DNA from: Rhynchopus sp. YZ270_cl-10
Lineage: Eukaryota
Assembly (NCBI GenBank): GCA_964035575.1
Contig: OZ037842.1
Coordinates: forward strand, 1,054,001-1,118,000
Length of the DNA stretch: 64,000 nucleotides
Direction of reading: 5' to 3'
The notes under the pieces are model-generated. The model was not told the DNA's origin and did no database searches. It saw only the letters and a program-made list of their open reading frames with translations. The translations under genes were made by a program, and so were the position numbers. Below, piece by piece: positions 32,550-43,868 of the stretch. Numbering within the stretch: the first letter of the stretch is position 1; each line of letters starts with the position of its first letter.

Positions 32550-33135
32550 CGTGCAATGATGAAATAGAGTTGTGGCGACGGCTGCAGAAGGCTCCGCAGA
32601 AGACATGCACCCTACGCAGTCTTTTGGGTAAAGTCCCTCAGTGTTCACAGAGCTGTGCGCCCCTGCCATCTCCAGAGGAGAGCTGCCGTGTGGCAGTGCC
32701 CTTCTTCGTGAAGGTGCGCAGGCAGGTGTGCGTGCTGTCTCTTTGGATCACAGTCATGGAGCCTGCAATGTGCGCATTGCAACCTCAAGAGGGCTTATTC
32801 TCTGCATGCCTGCCTGCACACTCTGCTGAGCACACCTTGATGAACACTGGACACAGTGGTTGATGACATGCTGTCTGTCACATGGTGACATTCCTGATGG
32901 GGTGGGTGGCTCAGGCTCAGGCTCAGGGGTTCGGGTTGGGGTCAGTGTTTGAGGTCATGAGGAGCGCTGTCTGGGTTGGGTGACGTGCGTGACGGAGGGT
33001 GGGTGGCACTACCAGGCTTCAGTGTTACTGATGCTGCGTGGTGTGCCTTGCTGTCTTAGCCGCTTTGGGTTGCATGCCACACGTTGACGTCAGTCATCGC
33101 GTTGGTATCTGTGTGGTGGGGTTGGCATCTGTGTG
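32550..33135 (+). repeat. ~0.55-kb direct repeat, copy 2
   Basis: Near-identical to 19451-19971. Confidence 0.95.
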
Positions 33136-33351
33136 CTGTGTGTACAGGGTGCAGTGCATTTGCATCACACTCTGTTGGGCTCTCTCACTCTCACTACACA
33201 TTTGACCGCACTTGCTGATCCTCCCACTCCCCACTCTCCACACTACGCTGGGTGCACCAACGCCACCACACCCTTTCCCTTTCCCCTCCCCTGCAGGACG
33301 TAGTCTCTTCTCCCATTCAAGACGCGGAAGTCGGTTAGGGTTTTAGCGCAG

Positions 33352-34179
33352 ATGGCTCCCAAGAAGCGTACTGCTACGGATGTCGATGCGGCAGAGAAGA
33401 AGATCCACCCGATGTTTGCGAAAAAGCAGAAGACAGGGGCAACTTCAGCACCTGTTGCAGGTGTGATGAACTTGTGGTCTCTGTTGGATGACAACAGCGG
33501 GTGGAAGACGGTGCTTGCGGCTGAGGCAAAGAAAGAGTATTTTGTGAAGCTGAGCGCCTTCCTTGCAGCTGAGGAGAAGGCAGGGAAGGAGGTGTTCCCG
33601 CCGCAGAAGGACATCTTTACGGCGTTCAACACCACACACTTCAAGGACGTCAAGACGGTCATCATCGGGCAGGACCCTTACCACGACAACAACCAGGCGC
33701 ACGGTCTCTGCTTCAGTGTGCTTCCCGGCATCAAACCACCACCGTCCCTCAAGAATATGTACATCGAGCTTGAGAAGGATATCCCCACCTTCAAAGCTCC
33801 GTCCCACGGATACCTGCTGTCCTGGGCACAGCAGGGCGTGCTGATGATCAACGCTACTTTGACCGTCGAGGCACACAAAGCGAACTCCCACCAAAAGTCT
33901 GGCTGGCAGACGTTCACGGACGCAGCGATTGTGGAGCTGGCAAAGAGGAAGGAGCCGGTCGTCTTCCTCCTGTGGGGCGGGTTTGCGCAGAAAAAGTCGA
34001 AGTTGATCAACAAACACTCATCGGGAGGCCACGTTATTATCGAATGTGCCCACCCGTCCCCTCTGTCGGTCACAAAGTGGCGTGGGTGCAAGACCTTTTC
34101 CAAAGCAAACGCTGCACTCAAAAAACTCGGGAAAGACCCGATTGACTGGACACTGCCCGAAAAAGCTACTGTCGCGTAG
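33352..34179 (+). CDS. UNG: Uracil-DNA glycosylase, family 1
   Basis: VIIGQDPYH, QAHGLCFSV, PPSLKN, FLLWG, AHPSPLS; N-terminal NLS-like PKKR. Confidence 0.98.
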   Translation: MAPKKRTATDVDAAEKKIHPMFAKKQKTGATSAPVAGVMNLWSLLDDNSGWKTVLAAEAKKEYFVKLSAFLAAEEKAGKEVFPPQKDIFTAFNTTHFKDVKTVIIGQDPYHDNNQAHGLCFSVLPGIKPPPSLKNMYIELEKDIPTFKAPSHGYLLSWAQQGVLMINATLTVEAHKANSHQKSGWQTFTDAAIVELAKRKEPVVFLLWGGFAQKKSKLINKHSSGGHVIIECAHPSPLSVTKWRGCKTFSKANAALKKLGKDPIDWTLPEKATVA

Positions 34180-35215
34180 AGCAAGGCAGTGTAACCGCAC
34201 ATCTGTTCATTAGAACGGGTGTCGCACCCAGAGAGATATTGTGCTCTAGAATTGATTTTTTTTTTCCCTGTTTTCTTTTTCTTTCCTAACATTGTGGTGT
34301 GGAGGCACAGAGGTGAGGGGTTGGGGTGAACAAGGCAAACAAACGCGATCGATTTGAGAGATGTTTTTTTGTCATTCTTCAAACCGTTCGGCCTAGAAGA
34401 TACGAAGAGAATATGTTGCTCCCCTCTGCAGCTTCTGCCACAAAAAAAGAAGAAGACGTTGCGTGGCAACACTGTTCCAACAAAGTTCCAAAACAAAAAA
34501 ATACAAACGAAAAAGAGGGCACATAAAACGTTCAACTGCTGTGTGACCTCATGTATAGCGATACTAACGTTGTAAGGTTTGGTACTGCCCTGAGGGCCTC
34601 CCCCCACTCTTTTATTTTCCCTTCGCGCAAGAATCACATCTTACCTAGCCGTGGCTCTCGCATGATATTCTTGCGGGCATTCAGGAGTGGGTAGTGTATG
34701 CCTGTGTCTTGTAAGACTCTTATAACCTCGAAGCAGTCCCGCGAATTTACTGGCTGAAAATGTGTTCAGCAGGTCGGGCCGGCTGATGTTGTGCATCTCT
34801 TGTTCCTATATTTTCAGTAATTGGAGGGGAACTGTGTCCGTCGCTGACACGCCCCCGTCGATGTGGTGTGACGCGGATACCCTGCTGTTGTAGCCTCAGC
34901 GGCCACCTTCCACCGGGCGTTGTCCATTCAAACTTCGTGTTCATTGAAGACCACTGTCTACCACTGTCCACCACTCTCCCACACCCTCCCACTCTACAGA
35001 ACGCTCCCACCCCACTCCCAGAATAGCTATCCACCTTCTCCCCGAGCTTCCCCCCTTTCCCTTTCCGTTCCCGTTTGCGAGGGCGCAGACGATAAGGATT
35101 GAAACACCGCCGCCGAAGCAGCCCTCCGAACCTTCGCCACCGAAGGGCGTGGAGGAGGGCAGGTGAGAGAGAGGTGTTGTGTTGTGTTGTCTCCGATTTG
35201 TGTTGATACCAAACC

Positions 35216-37842
35216 ATGGCGCAAGAGGACCACACCATCCTTGAGTCCAAATTCAAGCTTTTGGAGACAGGACGCAAAATATACTTCGAAGACTCGCAAC
35301 AACAGCTCAAAGGCGTGAAGGATGCAGTCAACACCCTCAGAAAGGAGAACAAAGAACTTAAGAAGAACCTCCGCACCATCCAGGATGATAAAAAGTCTGA
35401 AAAGGACAAAGTCCATGGAAGCATCCAAGACAAAGAGATTGCGCAAGTGGATGCAAAAATCATGTCGATCCGCACGAATCTAGATACAACACGGGTATGT
35501 TCGACATCAGACCCAAGAAGTTCTTTTTTATAGAAATCCTGACAAAAGCCGCACTCAACTATGACCACTATGAGAGAACAAGATGCACTTTTCTCCGTAC
35601 AGGATGGTAGCCCCCTGTGCTGAATATTTTGTTTTCTAAGCACGGGTTGCCTACGATCGTACTACGATCGTAGGCAACCCGTGTCTAAGGCGACTCACAA
35701 ATGGCGTACACTCACCTTTGCCAACTCTTCTCTGCTCATTTTCCCTATTAGTTTTGCTTACAAACGCCGCCCTCCTCCCTCTTCCTTCCTCCCCATCTCC
35801 CCTCTCTCACAGCACGACAACGAAAGCAGAAACCATAAGATACAAAGCCAAAAGGAGAGTCTATGCAGCATCGACCTTATCAAACCTGATGTGCTGGAGC
35901 TAGACCCAGGGCTTGCCCGCAAGGTATGTAAAATGGACACCACACATCCACAAAAACTTGTGCAATGTTCCACGCGAAGTCCCCACACCCGCTTTCAAAG
36001 CATACACACCACCATTATCATTTTGAGCGCCTTTCCACACCTTTTCAAATCAACTTTTTTTTTTGGTGAAAACAGTTTAAAAAATTACGAAAAAAGCCTC
36101 TCTTTTTCACTGTGCGATTCTTATTTCGGGTTTTGCGATTTTTGTTCCAGAAACGTACCCCGGATCACCCCATTCAGCCACAATATGATATATTTCACCT
36201 CTCTCTACGAACCTAATACTGCTATACTAAATGCCACATTACACATTCCACTTTTATCTACCTCTCTCTTCATCTACCCCTCTGTTTCCTCCTCCTCTCA
36301 GATTCGCATGCTCGAAAACCGTCTTGACAAAAGCATGATCAAGTACAATGAAGCGCAGGCGATTCGAAAAACGTACGAACAGATTGTGAAGAGGTTGAAA
36401 GAGGAGCGGATTGGGTTTGACAATCAACTGGCGGCGATAGAGCGGACCTTGAAGGCGAAGGACCATGACTATCATGAACTTCTGTCTATGTCACACGATG
36501 CTAACCATGCCAACGCAATGAGCAAAGCAGAGCTCGGCCAATTCCGTGCAGCATACGAAGAAGAACGCAGACAAAAGGACATTGAGCTATCCGAACGCAA
36601 GCAGGCTGTACAGAAACGCATTGACCATACCCAACGTCTTGAACGCAAAGAAAAACTTTCCAAAGCAAAAGACGCAGAAGCAGCTGCCCCCAAGCAAGAA
36701 GAAGAACGCCCAAAGCAGGCTGCTGTCGAGCCTGCCCCAGAAGAGCAAGAAAAGCTGACCCAATATGAGGATGCCTTTGCGAAGATCAAAGAGGCCACGG
36801 GGGTAGCCGATGTGCACGAGGTCATCCATAAGTTTATCACACAGGAGGACACCCACCGCAACCTCGTTGATATGAAGGAGGCCACGCAAGCCAAGATCGA
36901 CAACCTCAATATCGAAAAGGCAAACCTCAAGGCTAAGCTGGAAGAGCTGAAGTACTCAGGTTCAGGGCAGCTTGGGTCGCGAAGGATTGTTGATGAGTTT
37001 GAGACACATCTCGCAGAGGCTCGGCACCAATGCGAAAAGAACTGCCTCAAGTACGAGCGCGCAGCAAAGCTTCTCATCAACGTCAAAGCCGGCATAGAGC
37101 ACCTTAGGTATTCCCTCCTCCCTTTTTTTTTTTGCACGTTATGCGACGTATTCACTGAACGGGAAAAATCAGTTCATCTATTCACCCCCTTTCTGGTTCA
37201 ATGATTATATTCCTACCTTACAACCTCCCTTCGTAACCGTGTGCATATTAATGAATTGTTCTATGGGGTTCGACAACCGAGAACCAATACCTGCGTTGTG
37301 ATGAACCGGCGAGGTGTTTGCACTTCCAACCTTTCTTTTATTTTGGTCATACAACAGAGTCGGGTTTCGATCCTTCTTTGAAGGGGTGCTGGCTTATCCA
37401 ACTTTTCTCCTAACACACAGAAGACTGTCGAAAAGACAGTACTAATCCAACAAAATAATCCCAACTATTTTTTTACAGCGAGAAACTGACCGACTACCGT
37501 CCCAAGGGAGATGACATGGACTTCAAGCCGCATGGAAAAGAGGAGAACATTGTGAAAGTGATGGAGCAGTGCCATGCCAAGCTGCAGATGCTTGCAGACG
37601 AGGTAGGACCGAACCTGGGTGAACTCGACCTCAGACAGTATGACGCGTCTGGTGTGCTGCCCTCGACAAACAGGAGAATCAAGCTTCCTACCTCTGACGA
37701 AGATGAAGACAACTGCGACGAAGACGACGAAGACGAAGAAGAGGACGTCCTCGACAGAGAAACCGTCAAGAAGCTCGCCAACCTCGCCGTCGAGAGGGAA
37801 AAGAAGAAGTCCAAGAAAAGAGGAAAAAAGACGAAGGATTAA
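35216..37842 (+). CDS. CCDC151: CCDC151/ODA10-like outer dynein arm docking coiled-coil protein; exons 35216-35494, 35813-35923, 36302-37107, 37479-37842
   Basis: IRMLENRLDKSMIKYNEAQAIRKTYEQIVKRLKEERIGFDNQL and YEDAFAKIKEATGV. Three GTAT..CAG introns give a continuous frame. Confidence 0.85.
35641..35683. mobile_element. 43-bp perfect palindrome with 6-bp TSD (TCTAAG), in an intron
   Basis: cacgggttgcctacgatcgta-c-tacgatcgtaggcaacccgtg, flanked by tctaag at 35635-35640 and 35684-35689. Confidence 0.8.
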
Positions 37843-38362
37843 ATCTCCTTCGTTTCTCCGACTGCGGTGAAAGAAACCCGCATACAGTCCATTTATTTTT
37901 CAATTGCTTTTTAAAGTCAGTTCTGTTCATTTACAATTAAAGAAAAGTAAGTTGGGTATGTTTGAAGCACAGCTTTGTATTTCAAGTCAAATTCCCTACC
38001 AAACACTCATAAGACGGAAAGCCTTTGTATTGCGAAAGGTAACCCCGGTCGTCTTGCAGTGCAATGGTTAAAGAAAAGAGCCTGGGAAGGGAAATGGTCG
38101 TACTTGTCTCATCTCTGACTCTTAGGACAATGCTTTGTTTAACCACTTTATGCACAAAAAGAGAGCCTCGCATTTCCCTGTGAAGCTCTTGCAACAATGT
38201 TGCACGGTACCCTTCAGGGTATCCTCATATTGTTACAGTTTCAATTCTGTTCAATTCGAAAATTAGATTCATCTTCTTTCAATTCTGTGAACTGAAAGTA
38301 TATGAATCTACCAGTTTCCCTTTCTTTCCCCTTATTTGCATGGATTTGAAAACTTTGGTGTG

Positions 38363-38394
38363 TATTAGTGACACCCGAGGGATGAGCTCCACTA
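38363..38394 (+). repeat. Short dispersed motif, family C (TAGTGTAGACACCCGAGGGTGTGCTCCACT-like)
   Basis: Similar to 49324-49353 (+), 43569-43600 (-) and 59429-59462 (-). Confidence 0.6.
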
Positions 38395-38470
38395 CACTCC
38401 ATGTATTGTTGTGGTGCCTGGTAATTCCATGACCCAAAAAAAAACCCCCCATCCTTCTTGGTTACTAAGT

Positions 38471-38502
38471 ATATGCACTGAGCCATAGTCTTAGATGCAT
38501 CT
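38471..38502 (+). repeat. Short dispersed hairpin motif, family A, copy 4 (degenerate)
   Basis: atatgcactgagccatagtcttagatgcatct. Confidence 0.4.
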
Positions 38503-38706
38503 TTACCAATATTTTCTTTTTTGTTTCTAAAGAAACCCCTTAAGGACAGTTACACTCTTATTCTTTTCCATTTTTTTTTTTCTCTTTGTCTTTTCCTGAT
38601 TCATAAAAAAAAACGGGATATTTTTTTAAAGTTTTCTCACTCCATTCCACGATTTTTTTTTACCTTTTCATTTCAGAATTTTTACTTTTTCCTCACCCTT
38701 TAAACA

Positions 38707-39957
38707 ATGCTGGGAAGGGGACCGAAGGGAGGAAAAGGAGGGAAGGGTGGCTTCTCTCAGAGGTTTCATGCTGAGTTTGGGGAGAGGGGCGTGCACGCAC
38801 ACAGACCCTATCCTACTGGAGGTGCTTTGAGACTGCCTGCTGATGACAATGAGGTTTGCCCTTACTTTTTGAAGGGGAGGTGCGAGCGTGGTGAGACGTG
38901 TCGTTTTTCGCACCGTGAAGGAGGAAAGAAGGGAGGAAAAGGTGGCAAAAGGCGTGACAATGGGCTTTGCCCGCACTTCCAAAGAGGGCGTTGCGAATGG
39001 GGGGATCGGTGCAACTTTACGCATGTGCTACCTACGGCGAAACCGATTCTCTCAACTCCCATTCTTCCAACTCCTATCAACCCTGCGCATGGACAGATGA
39101 GGAACATCTCCCCACCTTGTCCTTATTATGTTCAAGGAATGTGCGAGCATGGACAGAAATGCAAATTTTCTCATGAAGGTCTTGTCAAACGGCCGCAAAC
39201 CTGTGATATGCCCTGTCCATTTTCCAGGAGCGGAAGGTGCTCCAAGCAAGAGGAAAACCTCATCTGCAAATACTCTCATGACAAACAGAGCTGTCCGTAC
39301 TTCCTGTCCGGGAAGTGTGAGAAGGGGGATGACTGCAGGTTTTCGCATGAGGGGTTGGGGAATCGTACACAGACCTCTGACAAGCCCTGCCCGTACTTCA
39401 GAGATGGGGTTTGCGGGAAGATCAAAACAGGCCATATCTGCAGGTATTCGCATGATATCCAGCCCTGCCCGTACTATCTTTCTGGGAACTGCGAGAAGGG
39501 GGAGAGGTGCAGGTATTCTCATGAAGGGTTGGAGCCGACGTTGCAGAAGAAGGATAAGCCTTGCGCACAGTATGCTGAGGGGAAGTGCTTTCGTGGGGAG
39601 AGGTGCCATTATTCGCATGAGGGGATCACGCCGCCTGCACAGAAGACGCCAGAAGAGCTGCAAGAAGCCCGCGAGCAGGCAGGTCCTTGTCCGTATTACG
39701 CTTCGGGTCGCTGCGAGCGCGGCAGCACCTGCAAATTCTCCCACGAAGGCATGGAGCCTGTCCTCCAAAAAGGGGACAAACCGTGTCCTCTCTTCCTGCG
39801 GAACGGAAGGTGTCACTTCGGCAACACCTGTCGGTTCTCGCATTCAAACAGAAGCTGCCCTTACTGGGCCGTAGGAAAATGTGAACTAGGAAACACCTGC
39901 AAATATGAGCACCCAGAGGGGGGAGACTTCGTGGGAAGGGCTTTTGAAGAGGATTAA
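38707..39957 (+). CDS. Multi-CCCH zinc-finger RNA-binding protein (11 fingers)
   Basis: Eleven C-x7/8-C-x5/8-C-x3-H motifs, e.g. CPYFLKGRCERGETCRFSH; KGG-rich N-terminus. Confidence 0.95.
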   Translation: MLGRGPKGGKGGKGGFSQRFHAEFGERGVHAHRPYPTGGALRLPADDNEVCPYFLKGRCERGETCRFSHREGGKKGGKGGKRRDNGLCPHFQRGRCEWGDRCNFTHVLPTAKPILSTPILPTPINPAHGQMRNISPPCPYYVQGMCEHGQKCKFSHEGLVKRPQTCDMPCPFSRSGRCSKQEENLICKYSHDKQSCPYFLSGKCEKGDDCRFSHEGLGNRTQTSDKPCPYFRDGVCGKIKTGHICRYSHDIQPCPYYLSGNCEKGERCRYSHEGLEPTLQKKDKPCAQYAEGKCFRGERCHYSHEGITPPAQKTPEELQEAREQAGPCPYYASGRCERGSTCKFSHEGMEPVLQKGDKPCPLFLRNGRCHFGNTCRFSHSNRSCPYWAVGKCELGNTCKYEHPEGGDFVGRAFEED

Positions 39958-40214
39958 AAAAAGACGGCAGATTTTAGTTTTAACAATGTGTATCGGAACG
40001 TAGCGAATAAATGCAGAATAACTGAGTCAAAAAAAGAAAATAAATAAAAGCATGTTTTTGAGGCTTTGTATTTTTTACCAACGATCCTCTTTCGGTTCCC
40101 TCTTTTTGGGGCAAGTGAGAGGAATGGGTTGACCACAAAAAAGAAAACCCACAACTATTCAGAGTGAATCTTTTTTTTTTTGTGAAATTTTTTGTGGTCG
40201 GGGTTGTGATATTG

Positions 40215-40218
<4 letters not shown>

Positions 40219-40256
<38 letters not shown>
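40219..40256. repeat. (TG)19 microsatellite
   Basis: Direct reading. Confidence 0.95.
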
Positions 40257-40260
<4 letters not shown>

Positions 40261-40273
40261 TTTTGTTTGTGTG

Positions 40274-40795
40274 TGAGGTGATCCAGTCTCACGCTTTTTC
40301 ACACATTTTCACTTGGTTTCACACATTTTCACACATTTTCACATGGTTTCACACATTTTCACTTGGTTTCACACATTTTCACCTTGGTTTCACACATTTT
40401 CACTTATTTTCACATGTTTTCACGGTGTGAAAAAGTGTGTACGAAAGTGAAAAAAAAAACTGCTTCACGCACTCTGAGTGGATTCCTCCAGAAAAAAAAC
40501 TTGGTGTTTTCACATGGTTTCACACATTTTCACTTGGTTTCACATGTTTTCACATGGTTTCACTTGGTTTCACATGGTTTCACATATTTTCACATGGTTT
40601 CACATATTTTCACTTGGTTTCACACATTTTCACTTGGTTTCACATGTTTTCACACGGTTTCACATATTTTCACTTGGTTTCACATGTTTTCACTTGGTTT
40701 CACACATTTTCACCTTGGTTTCACACGTTTTCACTTATTTTCACATGTTTTCACGGTGTGAAAAAGTGTGGAAAAGTGTGCGCTGGATCACCTCA
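40274..40795. mobile_element. Foldback/MITE-like element with TG..CA TIRs and internal 10-bp repeats
   Basis: TIR TGAGGTGATCCAG / CTGGATCACCTCA. Internal arrays of ttttcacatg/ttttcacttgg/tttcacacat. GTGTG lies on both flanks (possible 5-bp TSD, but in a GT-rich context). Confidence 0.8.
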
Positions 40796-41312
40796 GTGTG
40801 TGTTCGTGGTTGCTATCTAGCGATAGTAGTGTATAATCAAACAAAATTATTTTGTGACTGAATGGGGGGTGCACAAAGTACGCAAGAAGTGCGAATCACC
40901 CCCCTTCAGCCACCCCATTTTGTGTGTGTGTGTGTCTGTGTCTGTGTTTGAGAACTAATAGGGGTAATTCTTGCGCAGAATATGCCATTTTGTGTGTGTT
41001 TTTGTAGGGAGTTGTGTCTATTACTCTCTTTTAAGGATTCTGTGAAGAAAAAAAAAAACCCGTGGCTGTTATCCCATGATAGTAGTCTATAATAAAATAA
41101 TATTTTTTGGGGTTCGTGGGGATTTTTTAGGGGCTTTTCGTGCTTTTTTTTTTTTTTTTGTTGTGATTATTTTTGGTGTGGGTTATTTTTGTGATTATTT
41201 TTTTGTGGTCATCACCCCTCCCCCCCTCCTCCGCCACCTTCTCTCCCCTCTCCCTCAACCCTCACTTCATCATCTCAGAAAGCTTTTTTTTTTCTCAAAA
41301 TTCCTCCTCAAA

Positions 41313-42800
41313 ATGTCGTATCAAGCGAACACATTTTCCAGCCCGCTTCTTGCTTCGGGAAGGGCGTTTGAACAGGAAGGGTTCCGCCCTGGAACGGGGA
41401 GGATCTCTCCTAGCCCGGTGCGCAATGAGGTGCATTCTTTTGCACGGATGGAGGGATCCGCCTCTGCGTATGCTGCTGCTGCTACGTATCACCCGCCGTC
41501 GGTAGTAGCAGATCCTTTGACGCAGAGCATTGGTGGGTCGTCTTTTGGCTCTCCTTTGGGAAACCATCGAGGGGCATCCGATGCGTTGATTGTACGTCTG
41601 GACAACGGAGGGTTTGTAGAAGTGGCCTACAGCCCAACCGCGCTTGGTATTGATATTAAGGTGGAGATCGAAGAGGCAGAGGCAATTGAAGCGAAAAGAC
41701 AACGGCTCTTTACCGCAGGGAATGTAGAGATTGACGACTACACAGATTTGCAGACAGCCGGGGTAGCCCCAGGAGGACAGCTTTTTATGCAGATTGAAGC
41801 CTCGCCAAGAAGGTTTACCGCGACAGTGCAAAAACAGAGTGCGCTTCCTCCAAATGTGCGGGAAATTGTGATTCCAAGGCCGAATGGGGTAGAGCCAGTT
41901 CAAATGTCGTTTGATTCGCAGATGTGTGTATCGAACCTAAGCCCAACAGGTCCTGCTGCGTTGGCGGGGGTGATGCGAGGCATGAAAATCCTTTCAGCAA
42001 ATGGGAGTACCGTCGCGAATACCGCAGAGTTCAAAAAGCAGTTGACGTTGGGAACCGATTTGAAGTTGTTGGTGTTGGACCCGCCGAAGGATTATTCAAA
42101 GAGGGTCAGAAATGGGGATTTGTTTGCAGTGCAGGAGGAGGAGACGAGCGAACAGCGGATGCTTCGTTCCAAGCAAAGGGATGCCAAGATGCGGGAGTAC
42201 GAAGACCGTGCAGAGAGGTCGCGTACCATTGCGTGGCGGGCACATCGGTTTTTTCTGTTTTTGATGCTGATTGGCTCCTTTGGTATTGGTCTTGCTGCAG
42301 CCGTTGTTGCAGGCGAGACGGATGAGTCTGCCTGCGAAAAAATCGACCACTGGGCAATCTCCCTTGCCTGCATCATGCTGATTTCACCTCTCGTCATCGG
42401 CTTCATCTGGTGGCAGCTCCACAGACGAGGCATGGACATCTTCGACTATACTGAGACGCTGTCCATCATCCTTCTCGGGTTCATTACCTTGCACGTCTTT
42501 GCGTTGATCGTGATGTCCATCATAGCATTGATTATCTTGACACGTGATATGACCCGTGCAGAGCGTGATATGTGTTCGCAGTCGCGTGATTTAGTAGTGT
42601 TTGTGGTAGTATGCAGCTGTGTGATCTTCTCAGTGATCCTCTGTCTTACCATGGTAAAGTATACCCACGAAACTAATGTAGACTCAAAACAAAAGCAAAT
42701 CAAATCGTGGCGTGCGAGAACTGCAGGGCTCCCTTCCAACCAGCCGCGTGACTACCAACAAGACGCGGAAAACCCAAAGGTGCCTCATAACTACATTTAA
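41313..42800 (+). CDS. Membrane protein: ubiquitin-like domain + PDZ-like domain + 4 TM helices
   Basis: IKVEIEEAEAIEAKRQRLF..IDDYTDL (Ubl); SPTGPAALAGVMRGMKILSANG (PDZ); four hydrophobic segments. ATG at 41313. Confidence 0.8.
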   Translation: MSYQANTFSSPLLASGRAFEQEGFRPGTGRISPSPVRNEVHSFARMEGSASAYAAAATYHPPSVVADPLTQSIGGSSFGSPLGNHRGASDALIVRLDNGGFVEVAYSPTALGIDIKVEIEEAEAIEAKRQRLFTAGNVEIDDYTDLQTAGVAPGGQLFMQIEASPRRFTATVQKQSALPPNVREIVIPRPNGVEPVQMSFDSQMCVSNLSPTGPAALAGVMRGMKILSANGSTVANTAEFKKQLTLGTDLKLLVLDPPKDYSKRVRNGDLFAVQEEETSEQRMLRSKQRDAKMREYEDRAERSRTIAWRAHRFFLFLMLIGSFGIGLAAAVVAGETDESACEKIDHWAISLACIMLISPLVIGFIWWQLHRRGMDIFDYTETLSIILLGFITLHVFALIVMSIIALIILTRDMTRAERDMCSQSRDLVVFVVVCSCVIFSVILCLTMVKYTHETNVDSKQKQIKSWRARTAGLPSNQPRDYQQDAENPKVPHNYI

Positions 42801-43868
42801 AAAGGGGGGTTTTTTTACTGTGGGATATGGTGAAGATGATACAATGGAAGATGTGTCTCTGTGGAGTATTCGTCTTTCAAGAGTCTTTCCAACATTTTTT
42901 TTTATGCATTGTGCATGTAAGGCACATTCATCTTAGTTTTCTTTTGTATTTATTAGAGATTTTATTTTGGTGTCAAAAAAAACAAACAAACAAACAGTGT
43001 CATATTTAATTAGATTTGAAAATCGTGGCTCAGGGGAATTCATTGGTGTGCAGAACTGTAGTGAAAAAAATAGTGTAGACAAGAGGGGTAACATCCTTTG
43101 TAAAAAATAACCATGTCTCTCTCTCTCGCTCTTGCTCTCTTTTTTCCGAGATGACTGATTTGATTATTGATGTTAAAAAATTTTCTTTCCTCCCCTCTTT
43201 TTATCACCTTATTTCGCCTTTGAAGCAATCAGGTGACCAATCACTGCGATTGGGCTTATTTTTACAAACCTTTTTTGTTGAAATTCATGCCTGCCAAAAA
43301 AAAAACCCCCCCTTCTGCCCTCATACGCCACGTGGATGCGAAAATCCCCCTACCATCCACTTCCCCCCTTTTTCTCAAGGGAAGGCACAACCTTTTGTTA
43401 CAATTCCCCTATTCTTCCCTCCTCCCTCCTCTCCAGTACCCTAATTAGAGTTACTTTGTTAAAAAACGTCCCTGTACTCATATCCTTTTTAACATCAATC
43501 CTACCTACACCCAACGGATCCTTTCAATACAACCCCCTCTATGTCCGACAATAATTTTTGGTTGAAAATAGTAGATCTCATCCTCGGGTCTACACTAATA
43601 CAAATAAAGCGATGAAAACAAATAAACCTTCGTTTCAAAGCAACCCTTCTGTTAGTCTACACTAATAGAACCAAGAAAAAAACGATTGGCGCGGCTACCG
43701 ATAAATACCGCGTAGTCAGCGTCACGCCTACCTTGGTAGGTTCTAGTGGAAAAAAAACGTACCTTCCTCTAAATACCGCATTCTCCTGTCAAGGTGACTA
43801 TGCTGGACTCAGTTGTTGCCTTTTTTTCCCCTCTTCTCTATTTCTCTTAAAATCAGGGAAAGAGCGAA

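Noticed and set aside
19451..33135. LTR retrotransposon bounded by the direct repeats
   Set aside because: No gag, RT or integrase, no PBS/PPT and no TSD; the interior holds cellular-type genes
40290..40861. CRISPR-like array or FTWFH-repeat proteins
   Set aside because: Contiguous 10-bp tandem units with no unique spacers, no cas genes and a eukaryotic context; the ORFs are repeat translations
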